Shown: one piece after another, positions 1-10,551 of the stretch | Position numbering within the stretch: the first letter of the stretch is position 1 | How the letters are laid out: each line of letters opens with the position of its first letter | Assembly (NCBI GenBank): GCA_963666485.2 | Contig: CAXXUO010000001.1 | Coordinates: forward strand, 1,248,001 to 1,312,000 | Length of the DNA stretch: 64,000 nucleotides | From: Syntrophorhabdaceae bacterium | Lineage (GTDB): Bacteria > Desulfobacterota > Syntrophorhabdia > Syntrophorhabdales > Syntrophorhabdaceae | Reading direction: 5' to 3' | Notes under the pieces: model-generated | Database searches by the model: none | The model's input: only the letters and a program-made list of their open reading frames with translations | What the model was told of the DNA's origin: nothing | Translations under genes and position numbers: made by a program

Positions 1-648
1 CCCGGGACGTTTCTTCAGGAGTACCCTGGCCGTGTCGGGCCTCACGCTTGTCCGGGGAAGCTCATCAAGGTTGAACCCGACGGCGACGCTCTCCTCGTTG
101 CGCAGCAGGTCGCCATTCACCGGAAGGGTCTCGATGGTTGTCGCTTTTTCGAGATATCTGCGCGGTCCTTCGGCAAGCACATACTGCGGGCTCACCTGGG
201 CGATATCGTACCTGCCCCGCCATTTCCTGTCGAGTTTAACGAGGACCTTGAGATTCTTTTCGAGGACCCTGTCGACACTGATCCTTAATGTGCCCGGCCG
301 CACGTCGACGATCTCGATGCCCTTGGGGGCATTTATGTTTGCCTTGGAAAGATTGAAGACGGCCTCGCCCTCCTTCGTCCCGCCCATATTGATGACCGCG
401 GTGATGTCACGGTCCTTTAAGTCCTTCAAGAGCGATACGCGGCCGCTGACCGTCACGAAGACCCGCTCCGGGTCCATCTTTGTTACCATCATATTTTTGG
501 GCAGATGCGATACCGTGACCGGGATCGTCAGGTCCTTCTTCGGTTCGCCTATCTGGAAGACGACATACCAGAGCATGACGGCGAGAGCAAGAGAGAGAAG
601 CTTCAGCTTCCAGTCCTTGATCACATAGCGCTCCATAATGTTCTTCAC
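1..648 (-). CDS. cdaR: CdaR/YbbR-like regulator of diadenylate cyclase (partial; 3' end runs off window)
   Basis: Not in ORF track. My translation from GTG at 648: MKNIMERYVIKDWKLKLLSLALAVMLWYVV..., the typical YbbR N-terminal TM motif, open to the edge, directly after cdaA. Confidence 0.8.
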   Translation of the reverse strand, partial: MKNIMERYVIKDWKLKLLSLALAVMLWYVVFQIGEPKKDLTIPVTVSHLPKNMMVTKMDPERVFVTVSGRVSLLKDLKDRDITAVINMGGTKEGEAVFNLSKANINAPKGIEIVDVRPGTLRISVDRVLEKNLKVLVKLDRKWRGRYDIAQVSPQYVLAEGPRRYLEKATTIETLPVNGDLLRNEESVAVGFNLDELPRTSVRPDTARVLLKKRPG

Positions 649-668
649 CGCGGCATCCCCTTCGTTCC

Positions 669-1409
669 TTAACTCAATACATCTTTCAGCACTTTTTTCA
701 GCTCGTCGGTGCTTATATTCGAATGCAGCTGGCCGTGTTGGGCGTACGAAATTATCCCGCGTTCCTCCGAAACGACGATCGAGACGGCGTCCGTGACCTC
801 GGTAATGCCGATAGCTGCCCGATGGCGCGTCCCGAGGTTCTTGTCGATCTCATCCGCCGTTGTAAGAGGGAGCACACAGCCGGCCGAAACGATCCTTCCT
901 TCCCGGATTATCAGCGCGCCGTCATGAAGCGGTGAGGCGAACTGGAAGATACTGACGACGAGCTCGGCATTCACCTCGGCGTCGAAACGTACGCCGGCCT
1001 CCATGAATTCCTCGAGTCCCACCTCGCGCTCAATGACAATGAGGGCGCCCATGGTGCGCTTTTTCATGACGAGGCATGCATTGGCAAGCTCGTCGAGGAA
1101 CATGGTCTCTTTAACATAGCTGATCTTGCGAAAGAACGGGCTTCTTCCGAGTGCGAGCAAGAGACGTCTCAAGTCGTCCTGGAAGATGACTATGACAACG
1201 AAAACGATGGACCCTATGAAGCTGTTGAATATCCAGCTCAAGGTGAAGAGCTCAAACCGCTTCGCAAGGGCAAACACGAACATGACGATAACGAGGCCGA
1301 GCAAAAGCTGGATCGCGCGCGTTCCCTTGATGAGGACGAAGACCCGGTATATGATGAAGGCAACGATGATAATATCGACTACGTCTTGCCAGCGTATCTC
1401 GGGTATCAT
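669..1409 (-). CDS. cdaA: diadenylate cyclase CdaA (DacA)
   Basis: 3 N-terminal TM helices; DAC motifs PLHDGA and GTRHRAA, VSEERG. Confidence 0.95.
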   Translation of the reverse strand: MIPEIRWQDVVDIIIVAFIIYRVFVLIKGTRAIQLLLGLVIVMFVFALAKRFELFTLSWIFNSFIGSIVFVVIVIFQDDLRRLLLALGRSPFFRKISYVKETMFLDELANACLVMKKRTMGALIVIEREVGLEEFMEAGVRFDAEVNAELVVSIFQFASPLHDGALIIREGRIVSAGCVLPLTTADEIDKNLGTRHRAAIGITEVTDAVSIVVSEERGIISYAQHGQLHSNISTDELKKVLKDVLS

Positions 1410-2221
1410 GCGTCCATGACCGCCTTGACCATTGTGAGGACCTTACGTGCCCGGCCTACATCGTGGACCCGAAAAATATCGGCGCCGTTCATGAAGGCGA
1501 CGGCGAGGGTTGCGAGGGTGCCCTCAACCCTTTCCTCGAGGGGAGAATCGGTTACTTTTCCTATAAAACTTTTCATCGATGTCCCGATAAGCAACGGTTT
1601 CCCCAGCTCTTTAAAAAGGTTCAGCATCTTGAGGATCCTGAGATTATCTTCAACGCGCTTTCCAAAGCCGATGCCGGGATCGACGATGATCTTCCTTTCG
1701 TCCACCCCTGCCTTTACAGCATGGATCGATTGCCGCCGTAAAAATGCCATGATCTCGGCAACAACGTTGTCATAAACAGGGTTCTCCTGCATATTCTTCG
1801 GTGTTCCCCTGATATGCATGATAACCGCGTATGCACCGTGCTCGGCTACGACGTGCGCCATCCTGTCGTCGTATGTCAGGCCGCTTATGTCATTTATGAT
1901 GTCAGCCCCTGCCCTCAGGGCTTCATGCGCGACAGATGCCTTATAGGTATCGACGGAGATCGGTATGTCCGATATATCGCGGACCTTTTCTATAACGGGG
2001 ATGACCCGCGAGAGCTCTTCCTCTTCATCCACCGGGTCCGCCAGCGGCCGTGTCGATTCGCCGCCGATATCGATGATGTCCGCGCCGTCTTCGATCATGC
2101 GCTGCGCATGAGCTGCGGCGTCGCGAAGGGTCACATGCCGGCCCCCGTCCGAGAATGAATCGGGGGTGACATTGAGGATCCCCATTATAATGGGGCTATT
2201 ACACGGGAAGTCCCGGGGCAT
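1406..2221 (-). CDS. folP: dihydropteroate synthase
   Basis: [37 protein letters not shown]; start trimmed to ATG 2221. Confidence 0.95.
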   Translation of the reverse strand: MPRDFPCNSPIIMGILNVTPDSFSDGGRHVTLRDAAAHAQRMIEDGADIIDIGGESTRPLADPVDEEEELSRVIPVIEKVRDISDIPISVDTYKASVAHEALRAGADIINDISGLTYDDRMAHVVAEHGAYAVIMHIRGTPKNMQENPVYDNVVAEIMAFLRRQSIHAVKAGVDERKIIVDPGIGFGKRVEDNLRILKMLNLFKELGKPLLIGTSMKSFIGKVTDSPLEERVEGTLATLAVAFMNGADIFRVHDVGRARKVLTMVKAVMDA

Positions 2222-4019
2222 CTGCAACCCTGATGATGGAATCGACCTCCTGGCCGTCAAGCACTTCCTTTTCCAGAAGGGCGTTCGCAAGGGCGTGGAG
2301 CGATTCAATGTGCTTGGAGACGAGGTTCTTCGCCCGGGTGTAGCACCTGTCAACGAGGTCCTTGAGCTCCTCATCGATGCCCTGCGCAGTCTGTTCGCTG
2401 AAATCGCGGTTGCGGGCGATCTCCCTCCCGAGGAAGATATGCTCTTCGTTCTTCCCGTAATTGAGGGGGCCGAGCTTATCGCTCATTCCCCACTCGCAGA
2501 CCATTTTCCGGGCGATCTTCGTTGCCCTCTCTATATCGTTGCCTGAGCCGGTCGTAAGCTGTCCGATGACGAGCTCTTCCGCGACGCGCCCGCCGAGGAG
2601 TATCGAAATGCTGTTCAAGAGATAGTCCCGGGAATACGTGTGGCGTTCATCTATGGGCAACTGCTGGGTCAAGCCGAGCGCTCTGCCCCTCGGGATGATC
2701 GTGACCTTGTGGATCGGGTCGGTGCCGGGGATCATCTTGGCGACGAGGGCATGCCCCGCTTCGTGATAGGCAGTGAGGCGCCGCTCCTCGTAGGGGATGA
2801 TCATGCTGCGCCGCTCGACCCCCATCAGGACCTTGTCCTTGGCGTGTTCGAAGTCGTCCATCTCGACCGCCTTCTTGTCCCGCCGCGCTGCGATGAGGGC
2901 CGCCTCATTGACGAGGTTCGCAAGGTCGGCCCCGGAGAAGCCCGGTGTGCCGCGCGCTATGATCGAGAGCTCGACATTTTCTGCTATAAGGGTTTTACGG
3001 GTATGCACCTTCAGTATCTCTTCCCGTCCCTTGACGTCAGGGATCGACACGACGATCTGCCGGTCAAAGCGTCCCGGTCTCAGAAGCGCAGGATCGAGAA
3101 CATCGGGCCTGTTCGTTGCCGACATGACGATAACGCCTTCGTTCGATTCAAAACCGTCCATCTCGACGAGCAACTGGTTCAGGGTCTGCTCCCGTTCGTC
3201 ATGGCCGCCGCCCAGGCCCGCGCCGCGATGCCTGCCGACCGCGTCGATCTCATCGATGAAAATGATGCACGGGGCATTCTTCTTCGCCTGGGTGAAAAGA
3301 TCGCGCACGCGTGATGCACCGACGCCGACGAACATCTCGACAAAGTCGGACCCGCTTATGGTAAAGAACGGGACGTTGGCCTCTCCGGCTATGGCCCGCG
3401 CGAGAAGCGTCTTGCCCGTGCCCGGAGGCCCCACGAGAAGGACCCCCTTGGGGATGCGCCCGCCGAGTTTCGTGAATTTCTTGGGGTCGACCAGAAAGTC
3501 TATGATCTCCTGGAGTTCTTCCTTTGCCTCATCGATCCCGGCGACATCCTGGAAGGTGACCTTGTTTTCCCGGCCGGTAAACAGGCGCGCCTTGCTCTTT
3601 CCGAAGGCCATGGCCTTCCCGCCTCCCGACTGCATCTGGCGCATGAAGAAGATCCAGACGCCGATGAGTAGAAGCATGGGAAACCACGATATAAAAATAT
3701 TTTGCCAGATCCCGGACTCCTCGTCCGGCTTGGCGGAGATCCTGACGCCTTTTTCCCGGAGGCGTTTGACGAGGTCGGGGTCCTCCGGCGCGAACGTCTT
3801 GAACTCCTTGCCGTCCTTGTATGTTCCGGTGATGTTCCTTCCCTGCATCATGACGGATGCCACTTTATCCGCCGCAACCGCTTCCGAAAATTCGCTGAAC
3901 GGTACATTTTCATGGTTTTTCTTGGGCTTGTTATAGATCTGGAAGACAAAAAGCCCGAGAAGGATAATGACGAGAACTGCTACGATACTTTTGTTTGTTG
4001 GTCCCTGTGTTCTTGACAT
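2199..4019 (-). CDS. ftsH: ATP-dependent zinc metalloprotease FtsH
   Basis: 2 TM, Walker [24 protein letters not shown] zinc motif. Confidence 0.98.
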   Translation of the reverse strand: MSRTQGPTNKSIVAVLVIILLGLFVFQIYNKPKKNHENVPFSEFSEAVAADKVASVMMQGRNITGTYKDGKEFKTFAPEDPDLVKRLREKGVRISAKPDEESGIWQNIFISWFPMLLLIGVWIFFMRQMQSGGGKAMAFGKSKARLFTGRENKVTFQDVAGIDEAKEELQEIIDFLVDPKKFTKLGGRIPKGVLLVGPPGTGKTLLARAIAGEANVPFFTISGSDFVEMFVGVGASRVRDLFTQAKKNAPCIIFIDEIDAVGRHRGAGLGGGHDEREQTLNQLLVEMDGFESNEGVIVMSATNRPDVLDPALLRPGRFDRQIVVSIPDVKGREEILKVHTRKTLIAENVELSIIARGTPGFSGADLANLVNEAALIAARRDKKAVEMDDFEHAKDKVLMGVERRSMIIPYEERRLTAYHEAGHALVAKMIPGTDPIHKVTIIPRGRALGLTQQLPIDERHTYSRDYLLNSISILLGGRVAEELVIGQLTTGSGNDIERATKIARKMVCEWGMSDKLGPLNYGKNEEHIFLGREIARNRDFSEQTAQGIDEELKDLVDRCYTRAKNLVSKHIESLHALANALLEKEVLDGQEVDSIIRVADAPGLPV

Positions 4020-4151
4020 AGGTCACTAGTTTATCATACAAACGGCATATTTATCAATATTGTCACATTATTGCAGACCTTTTTCTTGCAATTCAGGGAT
4101 TGGTGTGTAATAAGAATGCGAAAGTAAAAAAGAATAGGTGATGGGCAACAG

Positions 4152-4994
4152 GTGATGGGTGAGGAAAAGAAAAATGTTCTGGGGCTGATCGCGTCACCGC
4201 GGACGCTGGGTAATTCCGAGACGTTCACCAAGGAGATCTCCCGTCATATACCCGGTGAGCACGCGCTAAAGCTCCTCAGGCTGACGTCGCTCGACATACG
4301 GCCATGCCGGGCGTGCTATGGGTGCGTTATGGGAAACCCCTGCCCCGAAGAGGATGACATGCAGTTCCTCCTCGATAACCTCGCTGCAGCCGATGCGGTC
4401 ATTCTTGCGTCCCCCGTCTACTATCTCGGGGCCAATGCGAGCATAAAGAGCATATGCGACCGGGGCTTTCTCTTTTTCAGCATACTCGAGCAGACATACA
4501 ACAAGCCGATAATCCTCCTCAATTTCTTCGGCATCCCCGAACGTGTCGGGATGGCCCCTCAGATGCTCGAGACATTCGCGATGTTCCTCGGCATGTCGGT
4601 CAAGGCGAGCCTCCTCGTGGAAGCCGCCCTTCCCGGCGAGGCCCTCATGAATGAAAAGAACCTGGCCCTCGCTGAACGGTTGGGAAAGATACTGTTTACC
4701 TCAGAGTCTATAAGGCCGGAAAGATGCTGTCCCTTCTGCGGCAGCCAGATCATGCGCATTGCCGAAAAAGATTTTATCTGTACCGTTTGCCACGGTGTTA
4801 TCGGTATAGGCCCGGATGGAAAGGTAGTTCCGTTAGAGGAGAGCGAAATAATAGGCCCTCCCGAGCACATGCTCCTTCACCGCGAATGGCTGCGCGGGAT
4901 GAAGAAAAAATTCCAGGACAACAAGAAGAAGATCATCCAGACCATTGCAGGCTACAAGAACGAAGGCGAGTGGATAAAACCGCCGGGGAAGTAG
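4152..4994 (+). CDS. iron-sulfur flavoprotein / NADPH-dependent FMN reductase family with C-terminal zinc ribbon
   Basis: ASPRTLGNS FMN loop, CRACYGC..C cluster motif, SPVY; C-terminal CPFC...CTVC. Confidence 0.8.
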   Translation: MMGEEKKNVLGLIASPRTLGNSETFTKEISRHIPGEHALKLLRLTSLDIRPCRACYGCVMGNPCPEEDDMQFLLDNLAAADAVILASPVYYLGANASIKSICDRGFLFFSILEQTYNKPIILLNFFGIPERVGMAPQMLETFAMFLGMSVKASLLVEAALPGEALMNEKNLALAERLGKILFTSESIRPERCCPFCGSQIMRIAEKDFICTVCHGVIGIGPDGKVVPLEESEIIGPPEHMLLHREWLRGMKKKFQDNKKKIIQTIAGYKNEGEWIKPPGK

Positions 4995-5054
4995 CCGGGA
5001 GATTTATCGTCCTTATAATTCCCCCGCTATTCCACGTACCAAATGTCTCCTCAA

Positions 5055-5287
5055 CGTCATTCCCGCGGAAGCGGGAATCCAGCGTCTTTACAATTATTTA
5101 GGCAATTCGAATGTAATAGGCAACGGGCAGGCCTTGACGTTTATTCATCCGGGTACGTTGATATGGGTAAAGTTTAAAAAAACCAAAGACACTGGATTCC
5201 CGCTTCCGCGGGAATGACGGGAGGTGGCGGATTCGCGCTTCCGCGGGAATGACGGGAGGTGGCGGATTCCGCTTCGCGGGAATGACG
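5055..5287. repeat. CGTC-type REP palindrome module 1: one inverse unit plus 3 tandem units at 35-bp period
   Basis: CGTCATTCCCGCGGAAGCGGGAATCC (5055-5080) is the exact reverse complement of 5194-5219; more units at 5229 and 5264 joined by GGAGGTGGC. Confidence 0.85.
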
Positions 5288-5371
5288 GGGCTAATAATCA
5301 TGGCTAGTCAAGTTCCACTCCATCATTTGCGGCATAACAGTATCGAGGCATTACGGCAGGAACCGCAGCAT

Positions 5372-5591
5372 CGTCATCCCGGTGCTTGACACCGGGATCC
5401 AAGGTTTTAAAAAACCAAAGACACTGGATTCCGGCTTTCGCCGGAATGACGGGAGGTGGTGGATTCCGGCTTCCGCGCGAATGACGGGAGGTGGCGGATT
5501 CGCGCTTCCGCGGGAATGACGGGAGGTGGCGGATCCCCGCTTGCGCCGGAATGACGGCAGGTGGTGGATTCCGGGTTCCGCGGGAATGACT
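5372..5591. repeat. CGTC-type REP palindrome module 2: one inverse unit plus 5 tandem units at 35-bp period
   Basis: CGTCATCCCGGTGCTTGACACCGGGATCC at 5372; units GGATTCCnGC..GnGGAATGAC at 5426, 5461, 5496, 5531, 5566; same AAAAAACCAAAGACACT leader as module 1. Confidence 0.85.
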
Positions 5592-5626
5592 GTGATGGAG
5601 AATGGTTTATATGGAAGGCAATGAAA

Positions 5627-6127
5627 TTATAATTTGCCGATCCCCTTGACTGCTTTGCGAATCTTCTTGGGGAGTTTACGGGGATTGCCCTTTTTAGGGC
5701 GGGCAGTGTCGGGATAATCTTCCTCTTCATCGGGTTCGTGGGCGGGGGACGATAACATTTCAGCAAACGCTATCGGCGTCAGGAAGGTCACGCCGTTCGC
5801 TTTGGCAGCGTCGATGATGGCGCGGTCCGAGCTCACGACGACGATACCGGCCGGTCTTTTGCGGACCCATCCGATAATGACATCATCTGCCGTTTCGCCT
5901 TCTTTCGAATACACAACGTCAATACCGCGGAAATTCTCGGAATGCCGATCCGGGGAATAACTCCCGTATGCGTCGAAGACAACGGTTATCCGGCCCCGCC
6001 GCGTTTTCTTATACCGTGCACATTTTTCGAGGAAATCCCGCTGGAGGAGGTCCATAGAAGCCCCCTTCTGGACCGCCGAGCCGTTTACGCGGTGAATGTA
6101 GTTATATCCGTCGATGATGATGTGCAT
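5627..6127 (-). CDS. NYN-domain ribonuclease (YacP/Rae1-like)
   Basis: IIDGYN, VVFDA, ETADDVI, VVSSD motifs. Confidence 0.85.
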   Translation of the reverse strand: MHIIIDGYNYIHRVNGSAVQKGASMDLLQRDFLEKCARYKKTRRGRITVVFDAYGSYSPDRHSENFRGIDVVYSKEGETADDVIIGWVRKRPAGIVVVSSDRAIIDAAKANGVTFLTPIAFAEMLSSPAHEPDEEEDYPDTARPKKGNPRKLPKKIRKAVKGIGKL

Positions 6128-6134
6128 AAATACT

Positions 6135-6250
6135 CGGCGTACGGCGTACGGCTTACGGCGTACGGAAAAAGATAAAGAGCAAAAAACATCCCAGTTCTAG
6201 CCGGCCAGCGATCGTAGCAGGCTTTTCCGTCAGCCGTACGCCGTCAGCCG
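6135..6250. repeat. inverted heptamer-array element (CGGCGTA)
   Basis: Left arm cggcgta-cggcgta-cggctta-cggcgta-cggaaaa (6135-6169); right arm ttttccg-tcagccg-tacgccg-tcagccg (6223-6250), overlapping the nusB stop. Confidence 0.85.
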
Positions 6251-6660
6251 TTCTTTTCTTTATAATGATCCTTCATTATCCGGTCCAGCACGCCGTTTAT
6301 GAATTCGCGAGAGTCTTCACTCCCGTACTTTTTCCCCATTTCTATGGCTTCATCGATGGCGACCTTGGGGGGGACGTCGCCGGAGAATATCATCTCGAAT
6401 ATCCCTATCCTCAGGACGTTCTTATCCACGTAGGCGATACGGTCTATCCGCCAGTGCTCGCAGGCCTGCCGTATGAATTCGTCAATTTTTTCCTGATGGT
6501 CGCCTATCCCGGAAAGGAGGTACCGGGCATATTCGACGATATCTTCCTGGTACGGGAACAGCGAGCAGTACTTGGTGAGGGCACGCCCGGAATCTTCCCC
6601 GGCGGTTTCCACCTGATAAAGCATCCTCAGGGCTAACTCTCTCGCTTTCCTTCTGCGCAC
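6244..6660 (-). CDS. nusB: transcription antitermination factor NusB
   Basis: [24 protein letters not shown]; follows ribH. Confidence 0.95.
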   Translation of the reverse strand: MRRRKARELALRMLYQVETAGEDSGRALTKYCSLFPYQEDIVEYARYLLSGIGDHQEKIDEFIRQACEHWRIDRIAYVDKNVLRIGIFEMIFSGDVPPKVAIDEAIEMGKKYGSEDSREFINGVLDRIMKDHYKEKNG

Positions 6661-7121
6661 AAGTTGTTTTCCTTGATCAGATTGGCCATTTCAATGGCAG
6701 ACATGGCCGCATCATATCCCTTGTTGCCGGCCTTGGTGCCTGCCCTTTCGATGGCCTGTTCGATGCTGTCGCTCGTTATGATCCCGAAAGCTATGGGTTT
6801 CTCCAGTTCAAGGGACGACTGGGCGATACCCTTCGTCACTTCGGATGCGACGTAATGAAAATGGGGGGTTGCACCCTTGATGACCGCACCGAGGCATATC
6901 ACGGCATCGATGTCTTTCTTTCTCGCCACGAGTTTCGCGGCAAGAGGGATCTCGAAAGACCCGGGGACCCGGTATATGTCGACCTTGTTTTCGTCGGCAC
7001 CATGCCGTTTCAGGGCGTCGAGCGCGCCTTCCACAAGCCGGTCGGTGATGAAGCTGTTGAACCTGCTTACGACGATTGCAAACCTGAAGCCTTTCGCGTT
7101 GAGCTTGCCCTCTCGTACCAT
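6633..7121 (-). CDS. ribH: 6,7-dimethyl-8-ribityllumazine synthase
   Basis: [23 protein letters not shown]. Confidence 0.97.
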   Translation of the reverse strand: MVREGKLNAKGFRFAIVVSRFNSFITDRLVEGALDALKRHGADENKVDIYRVPGSFEIPLAAKLVARKKDIDAVICLGAVIKGATPHFHYVASEVTKGIAQSSLELEKPIAFGIITSDSIEQAIERAGTKAGNKGYDAAMSAIEMANLIKENNLCAEGKRES

Positions 7122-7130
7122 GTCCACCCC

Positions 7131-8336
7131 TTATATGTTATTTAGAATATGACCAAGTTTCTTCTGCTTGGCCGTCAGGTACGCTATATTGTCCTTCGTC
7201 GGCGTCATTTCGATCGGTACGCGCTCCACCACCGTGATGCCGTACCCTTCGAGACCCTTTATCTTCTTCGGGTTGTTCGTCATGAGGCGCATCTTGTGTA
7301 TGCCGAGGTCCTTGAGGATCTGGGCACCAATACCGTAATCGCGGAGGTCCGGCTGAAATCCGAGCGCTATGTTCGCCTCCACCGTATCATGGCCGCAGTC
7401 CTGGAGGTTGTAGGCCTTGAGCTTGTTGGCGAGCCCTATGCCGCGCCCTTCCTGGCGCATGTACACGAAAACGCCTTTTTTCTCATGTTCGATCATCCTC
7501 ATGGCCTTCTGAAGCTGCTCCCCGCAATCGCACCGCATAGAGCCTAAAACATCGCCGGTAAAACACTCGGAATGTACCCGCACGAGCACCGTATCATCCG
7601 GCCCTATGTCGCCTTTCACGAGCGCGAGGTGTGTCTTTTTATCGATGTCGTTTTCGTAGGCGATCAGCGTGAACTCACCGCCGAAGCGCGTCGGTATCCG
7701 TGTCTCGGCTACCCGCCGGACGAGTTTTTCCTTCTGCGTTTTGTACTTGATGAGGTCGGCAATGCTGACGATCTTCATGCCGTGCTTTTCGGCGAACACC
7801 TCGAGGTCCGGCAGGCGCGCCATCGTCCCGTCCTCGTTCATGACCTCGCATATGACGCCGGACGGCCTGAGCCCCGCGAGCCGGGCGAGGTCGACGGATG
7901 CCTCGGTATGGCCGACCCGGACGAGAACGCCGCCTTCGCGGGCCGCGAGCGGGAAGATGTGCCCCGGGCGCGTTATGTCGTCGGCCGTGGAATTCGGGTC
8001 GGCGGCGACCTGCACGGTCCTCGCCCTGTCGAACGCGGAAATGCCGGTCGTTATCCCTTCCTTCGCCTCGATCGAAACGGTGAACGCGGTGTTGTACGGT
8101 GACGTGTTGTCCTGGACCATAAGGGGGAGGTCGAGCTGCCTGACCCGGTCCTCGGTGAGCGACAGGCATATGAGGCCGCATGCATAACGGGCCATGAATG
8201 TGATCGCCTCCGGCGTCACCTTTTCAGACGCGATCATGACATCGCCTTCGTTTTCCCTGTCCTCATCATCGACTATGATGATCATCTTGCCTTCGCGCAC
8301 ATCCTGAAGGACCTCTTCGATGCTCGAGATTGCCAT
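7131..8336 (-). CDS. ribBA: bifunctional DHBP synthase / GTP cyclohydrolase II
   Basis: DDEDRENEGD; RVHSECFTGD..RCDCG; QEGRGIGL. Confidence 0.97.
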   Translation of the reverse strand: MAISSIEEVLQDVREGKMIIIVDDEDRENEGDVMIASEKVTPEAITFMARYACGLICLSLTEDRVRQLDLPLMVQDNTSPYNTAFTVSIEAKEGITTGISAFDRARTVQVAADPNSTADDITRPGHIFPLAAREGGVLVRVGHTEASVDLARLAGLRPSGVICEVMNEDGTMARLPDLEVFAEKHGMKIVSIADLIKYKTQKEKLVRRVAETRIPTRFGGEFTLIAYENDIDKKTHLALVKGDIGPDDTVLVRVHSECFTGDVLGSMRCDCGEQLQKAMRMIEHEKKGVFVYMRQEGRGIGLANKLKAYNLQDCGHDTVEANIALGFQPDLRDYGIGAQILKDLGIHKMRLMTNNPKKIKGLEGYGITVVERVPIEMTPTKDNIAYLTAKQKKLGHILNNI

Positions 8337-8338
8337 CA

Positions 8339-8986
8339 CTACTCTCCTTTTATGAATCCATGGCGGGCAAGAAAATCGACGTCGAGCTTCTTGCCTTCCC
8401 TTTTTTTCAGAAAACTATCCACGTATTTTCCTATAATGTCCGTCTCAATATTTATTTTATCCCGCTGGTTCTTTTCAAGAAGTGTCGTTCGCGAAGCGGT
8501 GTACGGAATAATATTGATCGTGAATTTATTATCACTTTGATCATTGACTGTCAAGCTTATTCCATCTATGGCGACCGACCCTTTCTTCACGATCTGCCTC
8601 GCCAAATCCGAGGAAATCTCGACAGTTATACGAACCGAGTCACCCTCGCTGCGCACGTCGGAGATCGTCCCGGTCCCGTCGACATGGCCTGTCACGATGT
8701 GGCCTCCAAACCGTCCGTCGGCGGACATTGCGCGCTCGAGGTTGACCTTCTGTCCCGCAGCTTTATCCTTGAGGGTCGTGAGCCGAAGAGTTTCGAGGGA
8801 GGCATCCGCGCCGAATGTCCCGTTGCCGATCTTTGTCGCTGTCAGGCAGACGCCGTCGACACAGACGCTGTCACCCTCCCGGACGCTGCCGGTCTCGAAA
8901 GCCGTCCGGATGACGAAGACCCAGCTGCCGCTCTTCTTTTCAATGGCCGCTATGGTCCCTATATCTTCAATGATTCCTGTGAACAT
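8339..8986 (-). CDS. ribE: riboflavin synthase
   Basis: N-terminal MFTGII, GGHIVTGHVD, duplicated lumazine-binding domains. Confidence 0.97.
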   Translation of the reverse strand: MFTGIIEDIGTIAAIEKKSGSWVFVIRTAFETGSVREGDSVCVDGVCLTATKIGNGTFGADASLETLRLTTLKDKAAGQKVNLERAMSADGRFGGHIVTGHVDGTGTISDVRSEGDSVRITVEISSDLARQIVKKGSVAIDGISLTVNDQSDNKFTINIIPYTASRTTLLEKNQRDKINIETDIIGKYVDSFLKKREGKKLDVDFLARHGFIKGE

Positions 8987-10070
8987 AACCTTCGATGTAG
9001 ATGTTGTCTTTGAGCCTTTTCAAGGTCGCGATGTCGATCCTGTAGGCGTCTTTCAGAAAGTCGATCCCCTTCCCGCCGACGAGGTTGAGTGCCGATTTGC
9101 CTCCTATCAGGATCGTCCCGTAAAAAAGCACGACTTTGTCGACGAGGCCTTCCCGGAGGAGCGTGCTGTTCACCTCGCCCCCGCCTTCCACGAGAACGCT
9201 CATGATGTCGCGCTTGTAGAGTTCCTGGCAGATATGCGTTACCGATACCCTGCCGTAATCGTCCTTCGGCACCCTGATGACATCCGCGCCCATGGCCTTG
9301 AGCCTCGTTTCCTTGTCCGTCCGCGAATCCTCGTTCGTGAAGATCCATGTCCGGTACTTCTCGGATGTCTTGACGACGTCGCACGCAAGGGGGATCCTGA
9401 GCTTCGAGTCAAGGATGATCCGGGTCGGTATCTTGCGCGGATTCTTGAGCCTGGGCACAAGCAGCGGGTTGTCCGATATAACGGTGTTGATGCCGACCAG
9501 TATGCCATCGTTGACAACCCGCAGAATGTTGGCCTGGCGCCTCGATTCTTCGTTCGATATCCAGCGTGAATCGCATGTCTTTGTCGCTATCTTGCCGTCG
9601 AGGCTTACTGCGGCCTTCATCGTTATATACGGTCTTTTCCTTTCCATCGACCCGATGAAGGCCTCATTCAGGCGCCGCGCCTCGCTCTCGAGCAGGCCGA
9701 CCTTGACGTCGATACCGGCCTTGCGGAGCATCTCCACGCCTTTGCCGTTGACGAGCGGGTTCGGGTCGAGCATCGCCACGTAGACGCGCCTGATCCCCGC
9801 CGCTATCACCTGGTCGGCACACGGGGGCGTTCTGCCGTAATGAACGCAGGGCTCGAGATTGATGTAGAGTGTAGACGCTGCGGCCTTCTGCCCGGCATCC
9901 TCAAGCGCATTGACCTCTGCATGGGCAGATCCGGCCCTCTTGTGATAGCCTTTACCGACGACGGTACCATCCTTCACCAGGACGGCACCTACCATCGGGT
10001 TTGGCGATGCCGTGCCGATGCCCTTGCGGGCGAGGGAGAGGGCCATGCGCATGTATTGTTCGTCTTTCAC
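8967..10070 (-). CDS. ribD: riboflavin deaminase/reductase
   Basis: PNPMVG, HAE, LEPC..TPPC, SLDGKIAT, VEGG. Confidence 0.97.
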   Translation of the reverse strand: MKDEQYMRMALSLARKGIGTASPNPMVGAVLVKDGTVVGKGYHKRAGSAHAEVNALEDAGQKAAASTLYINLEPCVHYGRTPPCADQVIAAGIRRVYVAMLDPNPLVNGKGVEMLRKAGIDVKVGLLESEARRLNEAFIGSMERKRPYITMKAAVSLDGKIATKTCDSRWISNEESRRQANILRVVNDGILVGINTVISDNPLLVPRLKNPRKIPTRIILDSKLRIPLACDVVKTSEKYRTWIFTNEDSRTDKETRLKAMGADVIRVPKDDYGRVSVTHICQELYKRDIMSVLVEGGGEVNSTLLREGLVDKVVLFYGTILIGGKSALNLVGGKGIDFLKDAYRIDIATLKRLKDNIYIEGYVHRNH

Positions 10071-10077
10071 GATAGGG

Positions 10078-10542
10078 TCACGATTCGTTCTTTTTTGTAA
10101 GGAGCTCTTTGAGCTCCGTCATGAACTCATTTATATCACGGAACTGCCTGTAAACGGAAGCGAAGCGGACATACGCGATATCGTCGAGGTTCTTGAGCTC
10201 GTCCATGACCATCTCGCCTATTTCCGCGGCAATCATTTCCCGCTCGCCTTTTTCAAGGAGGTTGTACTCGATCCTTGACACGATCTTTTCCAGGGCTGTT
10301 ACGCTGATCGGTCTTTTCTCGCACGCTTTTTTAAGTCCGCCAAGAATTTTCTCCCGGTCGAAGATCTCCCGCCTGCCATCCTTTTTTACAACAAGGGGCA
10401 ACCCCTCTTCGAGCCGTTCCGCCGTCGTGAAACGCTTTCCGCACTTGAGGCACTCCCGCCGCCGGCGTATCGTATCCATCTCCTTGCTCATGCGGGAATC
10501 AAGGACCTTGCTTTCAGGATGCTGGCAGAAGGGGCATTTCAT
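10078..10542 (-). CDS. nrdR: transcriptional repressor NrdR
   Basis: MKCPFC, RRRREC..C, ATP cone, YVRFASVY. Confidence 0.98.
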   Translation of the reverse strand: MKCPFCQHPESKVLDSRMSKEMDTIRRRRECLKCGKRFTTAERLEEGLPLVVKKDGRREIFDREKILGGLKKACEKRPISVTALEKIVSRIEYNLLEKGEREMIAAEIGEMVMDELKNLDDIAYVRFASVYRQFRDINEFMTELKELLTKKNES

Positions 10543-10551
10543 AAAAGTACC

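Noticed and set aside
32..628. 198-aa plus-strand ORF
   Set aside because: Antisense shadow of cdaR; likewise most long ORFs opposite recognised genes are GC-rich shadows
5194..5591. CRISPR array
   Set aside because: Linkers are near-identical 9-mers rather than unique spacers, and no cas genes are present; these are REP tandem units
5098..5766. Minus-strand ORFs 5098-5301 and 5407-5766
   Set aside because: Translations of REP repeats (VIPAEARI...), not credible proteins
10071..10077. FMN riboswitch upstream of the rib genes
   Set aside because: Only 7 nt separate nrdR and ribD; no RFN motifs seen
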